64,000 nucleotides of DNA from Spirochaetia bacterium (GTDB lineage Bacteria > Spirochaetota > Spirochaetia > SZUA-6 > Bin103), in the NCBI GenBank assembly GCA_965198005.1, contig CBDAOI010000004.1, positions 288,001 to 352,000 on the forward strand, in the 5' to 3' direction. Shown piece after piece: positions 9,434 to 18,399 of the stretch; position 1 is the first letter of the stretch, and each line of letters starts with the position of its first letter. A program made the position numbers and the translations under genes. Under the pieces are notes generated by a model. It did not search any database, had not been told where the DNA came from, and worked only from the letters and a program-made list of their open reading frames with translations.

Positions 9434-10606
9434 ATGCCGCTGGGCGTTCTGATCCGTGACTTCTTCGCCAGCAGCGGCGTGGCCGGACTGGCCGCGCTGG
9501 GACCGGACTGGTGGCGCCCCCTGGTGATGCTGGGCGTGGGCGGCCTGCTGATCTACCTGGCCATCGCCAAGGAGTACGAGCCGCTCCTGCTGATTCCGAT
9601 CGGGTTCGCGGCGATCCTGGTCAACCTGCCGCTGACCGAGCTGTTCCACGGCACGGTGCCGCTGCTCGACCAACTCCTCGGCGGGGCGGACGCCGGGCTC
9701 CTGGACTACGTCTTCTTCGGCCTCTCCACCGGGGTGTTCCCACCGCTGATCTTCCTCGGCCTGGGGGCGATGACCGACTTCAGCCCGCTGCTGGCCAAGC
9801 CGCAGACATTCCTGCTGGGCGCGGCCGCCCAGTTCGGGATCTTCGGCACTCTGCTGGCCGCGCAGGGGCTGGGCTTCACCTTCCCCGAGGCCGCCTCCAT
9901 CGCCATCATCGGCGGCGCCGACGGCCCGACCGCAATCTACCTCACCTCGCGCCTGGCCGATCATCTGCTGGGCGCGGTGGCGGTAGCGGCCTACTCGTAC
10001 ATGGCGCTGGTGCCGATCATTCAGCCGCCGATCATCCGGCTGCTGACCACGAAGCGGGAGCGGGCGGTGGTGATGTCGGAGGTGCCGCCGGTGCCGCGCA
10101 CCATCCGCATCCTGTTCCCCATCGCCATCACCCTCGCCGCGGCCCTGCTGGTACCCCCTTCGACGCCGCTGATCGGCATGCTGATGTTCGGCAACCTGCT
10201 GCGCGAGGCGGGCGTGGTGGAGCGGCTGTCCAAGGCGGCCCAGAACGAGCTGACCAACCTGATCACCATCTTCCTCGGGCTGGCGGTGGGGTCCAAGCTC
10301 ACCGCGGCCGAGTTTCTCACCACCGACACCTTGCTGATCATCGGCCTCGGGCTGGCCGCGTTCTCCGTCGGCACCGCCTCGGGGGTGCTGCTCGGCAAGC
10401 TGCTCTACCTGCTGTCCGGCGGCAAGGTGAACCCGATGATCGGCGCCGCCGGCGTATCGGCCGTGCCGATGGCGGCGCGCGTGGTGCAGCGCATGGGCCA
10501 GCGCGAGAACCCGAGCAACTTCCTGTTGATGAACGCCATCGGCCCCAACTACGCCGGCGTGATCGGCTCCGCGGTCGCCGCCGGCGTCCTCATGGCGATG
10601 GCCTGA
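9434..10606 (+). CDS. mmdB: Na+-translocating decarboxylase beta subunit
   Basis: YEPLLL, IGGADGPTAI, YSYMALVP, GVSAVPMAARV. Confidence 0.93.
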   Translation: MPLGVLIRDFFASSGVAGLAALGPDWWRPLVMLGVGGLLIYLAIAKEYEPLLLIPIGFAAILVNLPLTELFHGTVPLLDQLLGGADAGLLDYVFFGLSTGVFPPLIFLGLGAMTDFSPLLAKPQTFLLGAAAQFGIFGTLLAAQGLGFTFPEAASIAIIGGADGPTAIYLTSRLADHLLGAVAVAAYSYMALVPIIQPPIIRLLTTKRERAVVMSEVPPVPRTIRILFPIAITLAAALLVPPSTPLIGMLMFGNLLREAGVVERLSKAAQNELTNLITIFLGLAVGSKLTAAEFLTTDTLLIIGLGLAAFSVGTASGVLLGKLLYLLSGGKVNPMIGAAGVSAVPMAARVVQRMGQRENPSNFLLMNAIGPNYAGVIGSAVAAGVLMAMA

Positions 10607-10619
10607 GCGGACCGGCACG

Positions 10620-11882
10620 GTGCCTCTCGACCCGCGCGCCATCATCACCAACGGCGAGAACGCCAAGACCGAGTTCAAGCGCGACGACCGCAACCTGCGC
10701 CCCGAGCATCTGGCCCGCGCGATCGTCGCCTTTGCCAACATGAACGGCGGCATGCTCGTGCTCGGGGTGGACGACGATGGCACGGTTTCGGGGGTATCCC
10801 GAACCAACCTCCAGGCTTGGCTGATGGACACCGTGATCGGGCGCTACGTCGATCCGCAGCTCATCCCCGACTACGAGGAGTTCGTGCTGGACGGCAAGCC
10901 GATCGCCGTCGTGACTGTATCCGCGGGGGCCGCCAAGCCGTACGGCGTGCGCCAGCAGGACCGGATCGATTACTACCTCCGACTCGGCGACACGGTCCAG
11001 CGCGCCGGCCGCGAGCAGATGGCACGCCTGTTTCAGTCCGGCGGCCTGGTGTCGGTGGAAAAGATGCCGGTGCACGGGAGTTCGTTGGCCGATCTCGACA
11101 TGCGCCGCCTGGAAGACTACTTCCTGAACATCCTGGGCGAGGACGCGGTGGACGATTGGCCGCGGACTCTGCTCAACCGCGACCTGCTGATTGCCGACGA
11201 GTGGCGGCCTGAGGTGAGTTGCTGTTCTTTCGCCGCGTGTGTGCTGTTCGGGCGGGAGCCCCGGCGCCGCATGCCGCAGGCCGGAATCCGGCTGCTGGTG
11301 TTTCCCGGAACCGACCTGGACTACGACGCCAGCCTGGACGAAGTGCTCGACCTCCCCTTTGTTGGCCTGAAGGAGCGCCGGGAGCGGGAGTTCATCGAGC
11401 AGTCGCTGCCCAGCCGCGTGCTCAGCTACCTGCAACCCCACGTCAGCCGCGAGCGCCTGGACGGAATGCAGCGGCGCCGGCATTGGGACTACCCCAAGGA
11501 AGTCATTCGCGAACTGCTGGTGAACGCCTTCGCGCACCGCGATTGGACCCGCCCCACCGACGTGCAGCTCACCGTGTTCGCCGACCGCCTCGAAGTGCAC
11601 AGCCCCGGCGCCCTGCCCAACGGCGTGACGGTGGAGAAGGCCACGGAAGGCCTGCGCGTCCCGCGGAACCCCAACATCGTCAACATCCTGCGCGACTACG
11701 AGTTCATGGAGCACCGCGGCATGGGCATCCGCCGCACGGTAATTCCCCTGACCCGCGCCCACAACGGCACCACCCCCGACTTCGAGGCCACCGAAGACTA
11801 CTTCAAAGTCACCCTCCGCAAGGGCGCGCGCCCCGAGGGTGCCGGTAGCGGCGTACGGGCGGGTTACGGTACCCTTCCGTAA
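10620..11882 (+). CDS. Schlafen AlbA_2 domain / RecG-C-terminal-like (HATPase_c_4) protein
   Basis: GENAKTEFK, AFANMNGG, RELLVNAFAHRD, LEVHSPG, RNP. Confidence 0.85.
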   Translation: MPLDPRAIITNGENAKTEFKRDDRNLRPEHLARAIVAFANMNGGMLVLGVDDDGTVSGVSRTNLQAWLMDTVIGRYVDPQLIPDYEEFVLDGKPIAVVTVSAGAAKPYGVRQQDRIDYYLRLGDTVQRAGREQMARLFQSGGLVSVEKMPVHGSSLADLDMRRLEDYFLNILGEDAVDDWPRTLLNRDLLIADEWRPEVSCCSFAACVLFGREPRRRMPQAGIRLLVFPGTDLDYDASLDEVLDLPFVGLKERREREFIEQSLPSRVLSYLQPHVSRERLDGMQRRRHWDYPKEVIRELLVNAFAHRDWTRPTDVQLTVFADRLEVHSPGALPNGVTVEKATEGLRVPRNPNIVNILRDYEFMEHRGMGIRRTVIPLTRAHNGTTPDFEATEDYFKVTLRKGARPEGAGSGVRAGYGTLP

Positions 11883-11893
11883 CGGGCGAATCC

Positions 11894-13285
11894 ATGAAGT
11901 TTCGATTCAAGAACCTCGGCCCAATTCAGGAGGCCGATCTGGAGCTCGGAGACCTTACCATCATCGCCGGCCGCAACAACACCGGCAAGACCTACCTCGC
12001 GTACGCTCTGTACGGCTTCCTCAAACGATGGCAATGGCCGTCGGCGAGCGTTTCTGATCTCCTGCGCCAAGAGGGCATGGAGCGCCACTTGGGTTCATCA
12101 GCATTCGCAGCCTTCCACAGGGGCTATACGATGAGTGCAGTAGATCGGCGTGAGCTTGACAAGCGGCGATCGGACGTGGCAAGAGCAATGGCTCGTGCAT
12201 TCTCACAGTCGGAATTAGCCCAAGTATTCAGTTCGGAGCGCGGCAGATTCGAAGGTGCTTCAGTCGAGTTGAGATCTGGCCTTCCTGAAGACGTACTACC
12301 AGCACATCTGCGTGATTCGTCCGGCGTCAATTATCGGATTCACTGGGAAGACGACCAGATCACCATATCAGTCGATGCTCCGCAGGGACAGCGGGTCAAG
12401 AAGGGACCAGCCATATTCGCCTTGGAGATGCTCTATTACAGATTCCTGTTTCCGGAGCTTGAAATCGAGCCATTCGTACTGTCATCCGAGCGCTTCGGTA
12501 TCTCCTTGTTTTATCGAGAGCTCGACTTCACCAAGAACAATCTGGTTGATCTGCTGCAAAGGATGCGTGATGAGAGCAACCCGGACCAATCCGATCCATT
12601 CCTTCTGATAGACAGGACGACCAGCCGATATGCCTTGCCCGTGAAGGACAACATCGACTACACGCGAAGTATCCCGGACCTCCAAGGCGCAAAGAGTGAA
12701 CTCTCCGAGCACAAACTGCCGACCGAACTGAGACGGCTGACGAACGCGTCCTACAAGAGCTCTGGCGATAGCATTGCGCTCACGTCGACCGCCCGCGGCC
12801 GGCGGCACTTCAGCATACCCCTGCACTTGGCATCCTCGTCAGCCCGTGGGTTGTCCGATCTCTACTTCTTCCTCCAGCACGTCGCTCGCGACAATCACCT
12901 GCTGATCATTGATGAGCCAGAAAGTCATCTTGATACGAAAAACCAGATCCTGATGGCCCGTCTGTTGGTCCGTTGTGTGCATGCAGGCCTGAAAGTCCTG
13001 ATCACTACCCACAGTGACTACCTCGTGAAGGAACTCAACAACCTGATCATGCTCAGCCGCGATTTTGAAGGCAAGGAAGACTTGCTCAAGAAGCTCAAGT
13101 ACGACCCTGACGATGTTCTGGACCCAAGTCAGATTCGTGCCTATGTTGCTGAAAAAGGTGCCTTGACCGCCTGCAGCGTAGACAAGTTCGGCATGGATAT
13201 GCCGAACTTCGATAGTACCATAGACGACATCAATCGAGTAACGAATGAGATCTCGTCGCGGATCTTCGACAGCGAGGAATCGTGA
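11894..13285 (+). CDS. ABC-type AAA_15/AAA_21 ATPase (defence-associated)
   Basis: KNLGPI, GRNNTGKT, signature ASSSAR, IIDEPESHL, ITTHS; lower GC than core. Confidence 0.85.
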   Translation: MKFRFKNLGPIQEADLELGDLTIIAGRNNTGKTYLAYALYGFLKRWQWPSASVSDLLRQEGMERHLGSSAFAAFHRGYTMSAVDRRELDKRRSDVARAMARAFSQSELAQVFSSERGRFEGASVELRSGLPEDVLPAHLRDSSGVNYRIHWEDDQITISVDAPQGQRVKKGPAIFALEMLYYRFLFPELEIEPFVLSSERFGISLFYRELDFTKNNLVDLLQRMRDESNPDQSDPFLLIDRTTSRYALPVKDNIDYTRSIPDLQGAKSELSEHKLPTELRRLTNASYKSSGDSIALTSTARGRRHFSIPLHLASSSARGLSDLYFFLQHVARDNHLLIIDEPESHLDTKNQILMARLLVRCVHAGLKVLITTHSDYLVKELNNLIMLSRDFEGKEDLLKKLKYDPDDVLDPSQIRAYVAEKGALTACSVDKFGMDMPNFDSTIDDINRVTNEISSRIFDSEES

Positions 13286-13854
13286 GCGTAAGATTGAACG
13301 ATCAACTGGAGGCGATCCTTCTTGTCGATCGGCTGCGCAGCGTCGCATCGAACCGCGTAACTCTCCGCGAACGTCGTGCGAACATGTCGATCGAGGTAAC
13401 CGGTGTAGAATGGCGTGCCACGACGATCAACATCCACAGGCTCGGCGGCTTTTCCGGGTTAAGCAAAGGTGATTGGAACCAGAGATGTGACTACCTCATA
13501 GTGGTTGACAAGGGAGCCTCATACAGCGCCGCGTTCATCGAGTTGAAGAAGAACCTGGACGAGGCCTGCAAACCACTGGAGCAACTGCGTCGGTCTTTAC
13601 CGTTCCTGGAGTACCTGCGCTCGCTGTGCTGCATCCATTTCGGAGATGCCGCTCCGTCAGATGTCGAGGTCCGCTACGCGGTGATCGGGGAAAGGGGGCA
13701 ACTGCGACTGGACAAGCAGGCCGTGAAGGCGAGACCGGGACAGCCCGCTTGGACCAAGCCGCATCGTGGGATTTCGGTGTCAGCCTTCCTCGGGCCGACC
13801 GTTCCTCTGGCGGCCCTGGTCGGCGTTCAGGGGTCTGAACGGGCCGGACAATGA
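13282..13854 (+). CDS. hypothetical protein, putative PD-(D/E)xK nuclease partner of the ATPase
   Basis: GTGA overlap with the ATPase; RCDYLIV...FIELKK motif. Confidence 0.65.
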   Translation: MSVRLNDQLEAILLVDRLRSVASNRVTLRERRANMSIEVTGVEWRATTINIHRLGGFSGLSKGDWNQRCDYLIVVDKGASYSAAFIELKKNLDEACKPLEQLRRSLPFLEYLRSLCCIHFGDAAPSDVEVRYAVIGERGQLRLDKQAVKARPGQPAWTKPHRGISVSAFLGPTVPLAALVGVQGSERAGQ

Positions 13855-13872
13855 GTGAGTCGCCGATAAAGC

Positions 13873-14005
13873 CGCGGCTTCATCGACGATCCGGAGTTCG
13901 TGGCGATTATCCGCCGCGATCTCGAGAAGGGTCAGCACCGGGGCGTCCCCGGAACCACCCAGTACTTCACCACGGCGTTCTTTCACCGCCCGGACGAGCT
14001 CGCCG
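13873..14005 (+). pseudogene. fragment of a class I SAM-dependent methyltransferase
   Basis: Reads DPEFVAIIRRDLEKGQHR...YFTTAFFHRPDELA with no start or stop context. Confidence 0.45.
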
Positions 14006-14280
14006 CCGCCTCTCACTTCGCCGCCGTCGCCGCCCGCGTCCGTTGACCAATCGCACATCACGCCTTAGCCTGGAAACGTGGTGGTGGTGGACCGACCGCC
14101 TGACGTTCTCCCCACGCGGACGGGTCAGGCGCTGTTTATGCGCCTGCGACCGGCGTCCCGGGTTCGTTCTGCGCCTGGCTGCAATTCGGGAACCCGCGTA
14201 GTGGGAACCCGACCGTCCATGATGTCCGAGTGCAACGACTTGCGAGCGTTGCGATAGAAGAGCTGTCCTCAACGAGCGAT

Positions 14281-17238
14281 ATGCGGAGTATTCGTCATCC
14301 GATCCATCGCCGTTTCGACGCCGAGGACCTCGTGCGACTCCGCCGGTCATCCGAGCGACGGCGGTACGCGGCATCGCAACGGCTGGGGCGCATCGATCCC
14401 AACCCACACCAGATCGACGCGGTGATGTTCGCCCTGCGGCGGATACCCGAGGGCGGCTGTATTCTCGCCGACGAGGTGGGGTTGGGCAAGACGATCGAGG
14501 CCGGTCTCGTGGTTGCCCAGCTCATGGCCGAGGGCGCCGATCGTATCCTCATCGTCGTTCCCAAGCCGCTCCTGGGCCAGTGGCAGGAGGAGCTCTACAC
14601 CCTGTTCGGCATCTCCGCCCGCGAGGCTGCCGACACGGTATGCGACGTCACGGCGCCCGGCGTGTTCCTGGTCGGGCGTGAGTACGCGGGCAGCGTCACC
14701 GGTTCGGGACGACTGGCGACTGCGCCGCCGTTCGACCTGTGTGTCATCGACGAGGCGCACGAGATGTTCGCCGGCATCTACAAACGCTTCGACCGCTTTG
14801 GCGCGTACGACGAGAGCAGCGCCGCGGCGCAGACGGCGCACCGGGTTCGCAAGCTGATCGGTCCGGCGCCGGTCCTGCTGCTGACGGCCACGCCGATTCA
14901 GAACTCGCTCGCCGAATTGTGGGGGTTGCTGCACTACGTCGAGCCCACCGGGACGCTGGTGGGCTCGTTGGCGACCTTCAAGGCGCTGTTCTGTGCAGGG
15001 CAGGATGGTCGGCGGCTGGTTCCCGAACAGGCACCGGAACTCCGGCGACGGCTTGCCGAAGTGGTGCAGCGGACGCTTCGCCGCCAGGCGCAGGAGTTCC
15101 TGGACAAGCCCTTCGTCGGCCGCCGCGCCGAACTCTACGAGTACTCGATGAGTCCCGACGAGAAACAGCTCTATGACGACGTGACGAACTACCTCTTGTC
15201 CCCCAGCCTCAACGCGTTCCAGGGTCGTTCGCGGCAACTGTTGCTGATCGGTTTTCATCGGCTCATGGCGTCGTCCACCGCGGCGTTGGCGAACAGTCTG
15301 GAACGGGTGGCAGACCGACTGCGGCGGATGCGTCAGGGGTCGCCTGCTGCCGAACCTGCCCGCGTCATCGAACCGCTTACCAGCGATCTCGATGACGATG
15401 AACTGTCGGCAATCGAGGATGATCCGGTCGTCGAGAGCGCGACGACGATCGGCCGCGAGCTGACCCTGGTCGAGGACTTCGTTCGCCGCGCCCGCTGTCT
15501 CCCACACGACAGCAAGGCGCATAGCCTGGTCAAGGTCGTGCGCTCCATCGGCGACCGGCGCGGCGGGAACGCCAAGCTCGTGGTGTTCACTGAATCGCTG
15601 ACGACGCAACAGTATCTTCGCGACTTGCTGATCGAACACGCCGCACTCGACGAGAGCGAGATCACCTTGTTCCGCGGCCACAACGACTCGCCGCGCGCGC
15701 GGCAGGCGCTGCGTCGCTGGCAGGAAGAGGTCGGCAGGCACCTTCCGGCGCACCGTCTACCGAGTCCGGACATCGCCGTGCGGCTGGCGCTAGTGCACGA
15801 GTTCAAGACCCGTTCGCGCGTGCTCATCGCTACCGAAGCGGGTGCCAAGGGCCTCAACCTGCAGTTCTGCGACACCATCGTCAACTACGACCTCCCGTGG
15901 AACCCACAGCGCATCGAGCAACGGATCGGCCGCTGCCATCGCTACGGTCAGAAGCGCGACGTGACGGTCGTCAACTTCCTGGCCAAGGACAACGAGACAC
16001 AGCGGCTGACGCTGGAGATACTGACGCAGAAGCTCGACCTGTTCGGCGACGTGCTGGACATGTCCGATTCGGTGCTGCACGAGGCGCGGTCGAACCGGTC
16101 GGAGGAATTGACCACCGCCCTGGGCGCGGACTTCGAGCAGCAGCTCAACCGAATTTGGGAGCGCGCCCGTTCGGTCGACGAAGTCGAGGAGGAACTGCGC
16201 CGCCTTCGGGAATGCATGGAGGACCGGCGCCGGGAACTGGACCGGATGCGGGACCATACGACCGGCCTCATCGAGACTCGTTTGGATGACTCCGTGCAGC
16301 AGGTGTTCCGGCGCATCGCCGACGAACTGCCCGCCACGCTCGCCGCATTGGATGCCGACCTTGAGCGGATCGTTACCGACTACCTGCGGGCCAACGGAGT
16401 CGACCATGCCACCGAAGTTCAGAAACGGAGGCGGCTGATCCGCATCCCCGCTTCCGAGCGGCTTCCCGGTGCGCTGTCGGAAGGACTCTCGGTCGCGGCC
16501 GGCCAGGCGGATGCGTTGCAAGAGGTCGATGCCCTGCACGTCGCCCATCCGCTCGTGCAGGCTGCGATTGACGATGCTCGACGGAGAGGAGCCGGAACGT
16601 TTTCGGTGCGGTTCCGTCTCACGGCGCAGGCGCCGGAGGTGCTGAAGCAGCGCCGAGGGTCACGGGGACGCTTGGCGTTGAGCCGCATCTCGCATCGGGG
16701 TTTCGAGCGCGAGGATCGCTTGGTAGCGACCGCCGTGTTCGAAGATTCGGCAGTCCTGCGGCCGGCCGAAGCAGCGCTGGAGTTGCTCGGTATGCCGTGC
16801 GAAGATCTGCCGGCTGCGCTCGGCGACCTGTCCGTGGCCGCCGGCGACCTGGACGAAGTGGTAGACGAAGAACTGTTCTCCGATCAAACACATGCCGCCC
16901 ACGCGGAAACGAAGGCATTCTCTCGTGCTCTGGACCAGCTCGACCAGTACGTCGAAGATCGACTGCTGGTGCTGCGGCGCGGTCAGCGGGAAATCTCGGA
17001 TCAGCTCAAGCAGGCCGAGGAACGGCGCGACGCAGCGTTGGGCGCCGATGCTCGCAGCCGAGCCGAGGACCGCATCCGGCGCCTGGAACTCGAGCTGAGC
17101 GACGCCGAAGATCGGATCGAACGGCTCGCGGCCCGAGATGACAGCGACTATGAGCGTTGGCGGTCGGCCGCCCACCGCCGCCGGTACCAACCGCCGCAGG
17201 CTGCACGGCTGTTCGACCTGGAGTTCGTCATCGCATGA
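14281..17238 (+). CDS. SNF2/RapA-family helicase with C-terminal coiled coil
   Basis: LADEVGLGKTIEAG, IDEAH, LTATP, EAGAKGLNLQ, YDLPWNPQRIEQRIGRCHRYGQ; alternative GTG start at 14230. Confidence 0.92.
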   Translation: MRSIRHPIHRRFDAEDLVRLRRSSERRRYAASQRLGRIDPNPHQIDAVMFALRRIPEGGCILADEVGLGKTIEAGLVVAQLMAEGADRILIVVPKPLLGQWQEELYTLFGISAREAADTVCDVTAPGVFLVGREYAGSVTGSGRLATAPPFDLCVIDEAHEMFAGIYKRFDRFGAYDESSAAAQTAHRVRKLIGPAPVLLLTATPIQNSLAELWGLLHYVEPTGTLVGSLATFKALFCAGQDGRRLVPEQAPELRRRLAEVVQRTLRRQAQEFLDKPFVGRRAELYEYSMSPDEKQLYDDVTNYLLSPSLNAFQGRSRQLLLIGFHRLMASSTAALANSLERVADRLRRMRQGSPAAEPARVIEPLTSDLDDDELSAIEDDPVVESATTIGRELTLVEDFVRRARCLPHDSKAHSLVKVVRSIGDRRGGNAKLVVFTESLTTQQYLRDLLIEHAALDESEITLFRGHNDSPRARQALRRWQEEVGRHLPAHRLPSPDIAVRLALVHEFKTRSRVLIATEAGAKGLNLQFCDTIVNYDLPWNPQRIEQRIGRCHRYGQKRDVTVVNFLAKDNETQRLTLEILTQKLDLFGDVLDMSDSVLHEARSNRSEELTTALGADFEQQLNRIWERARSVDEVEEELRRLRECMEDRRRELDRMRDHTTGLIETRLDDSVQQVFRRIADELPATLAALDADLERIVTDYLRANGVDHATEVQKRRRLIRIPASERLPGALSEGLSVAAGQADALQEVDALHVAHPLVQAAIDDARRRGAGTFSVRFRLTAQAPEVLKQRRGSRGRLALSRISHRGFEREDRLVATAVFEDSAVLRPAEAALELLGMPCEDLPAALGDLSVAAGDLDEVVDEELFSDQTHAAHAETKAFSRALDQLDQYVEDRLLVLRRGQREISDQLKQAEERRDAALGADARSRAEDRIRRLELELSDAEDRIERLAARDDSDYERWRSAAHRRRYQPPQAARLFDLEFVIA

Positions 17239-17272
17239 CCGGACCGACGTGAACGGGCACAAGGGAGTGAAC

Positions 17273-18397
17273 GTGGCACTCAAGATACTGCACACTGCCG
17301 ACTGGCATCTCGGCTTGCGATTCCCCGCAGTGACTCCCGAGCAGGAGCAACGATTGACGCGGGCGCGCCTCGAAGTGGTGGGGCGGATTCTCGATCTCGC
17401 CGAGAGCCGTGGAGTAGACGCGGTGCTCTGCGCCGGCGATCTGTTCGACGAGCCGCGACCGGACGAGGAGTGGTGGCAGGGACTGCTGTCCGAGTTCCGG
17501 CGGAGGTCGTGGACGCGGCCCGTCATCCTGCTCCCGGGAAACCACGACCCGTTGACGCCGAACTCGATCTATGCACCAGGAGATCCGTTCCGGCGCGCAC
17601 TGCCCGGCTACGTTCACGTGGTCGATTCCGATGAGTTCGAGTTGCCGCTGGGGTCTGCCGCGGTCGTGTACGCGAGGCCGTGCCGGTCGCATGCGGGTCA
17701 GACCGGCTTGGCGGCCAGCCTTCCGGCGCGTGCCGATGGGGATGAGCGGATTCGCATCGGGCTCATTCACGGCCAGACCTTCGACCTCGAGGATCATCAG
17801 ACCACGTTCCCGATAGAACGGAATGCGGCGGTGGACCGCGGACTCGACTATCTCGCGATCGGCGACACGCACGGTTATCGCGACGTGGAGCCCGATGCCA
17901 AGGCTCCGACCATCTATCCGGGAGCACCCGAAGCGACCAAGTTCGGGGAGAGCGATTCCGGCCACGTCGCCGTGGTCTTCTTTCCGCGCGACCGGGCGCG
18001 GCGGGCTCTGGTCGAACGAGAAGCGGTCGCGGCCTGGTCGTGGCGGGAAGAGACGTGCCGTTCCCTTGCGGAGCTGCGGCGGTTGCGCGACAAGAACATG
18101 AGAAAGACCGTGCTCAGACTCACGCTGGAGATGCGACTGCCACTGCACGAATACGACGAGGCTGCGCGCATACTGACGGAGCTGGAGGGGTCGTTGTCGT
18201 CCCATCCCAAGGTCGGCGTGCTGATCGCCGACCGCAGTCGGCTGCGCCTCGACGCGGCCGATTCGGCGCAGTTTACGGAGGACTGGCCCGAGGTGCTCCG
18301 GTCCGCTGTCCAGCGGCTCACGGAGCGTGCAGCGGACGATCCGGAGAAGGCGGAGCGTGCCCTGCATCATCTCTACGGATTGGTCCGGGAGCCATAG
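17273..18397 (+). CDS. Mre11/SbcD-like metallophosphoesterase nuclease
   Basis: LHTADWHLG, AGDLFD, PGNHD, IHG, GDTH, YPGAPE; GTG after AGGGAG. Confidence 0.9.
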   Translation: MALKILHTADWHLGLRFPAVTPEQEQRLTRARLEVVGRILDLAESRGVDAVLCAGDLFDEPRPDEEWWQGLLSEFRRRSWTRPVILLPGNHDPLTPNSIYAPGDPFRRALPGYVHVVDSDEFELPLGSAAVVYARPCRSHAGQTGLAASLPARADGDERIRIGLIHGQTFDLEDHQTTFPIERNAAVDRGLDYLAIGDTHGYRDVEPDAKAPTIYPGAPEATKFGESDSGHVAVVFFPRDRARRALVEREAVAAWSWREETCRSLAELRRLRDKNMRKTVLRLTLEMRLPLHEYDEAARILTELEGSLSSHPKVGVLIADRSRLRLDAADSAQFTEDWPEVLRSAVQRLTERAADDPEKAERALHHLYGLVREP

Positions 18398-18399
18398 CG

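Noticed and set aside
2537-10831. Long antisense/alternative-frame ORFs (e.g. 2537-4240, 8873-10831)
   Set aside because: Shadow ORFs typical of high-GC DNA, overlapping well-supported genes and lacking motifs
14021-14041. Possible displaced mmdB 3' end
   Set aside because: About 19/21 match, but low-complexity GC sequence
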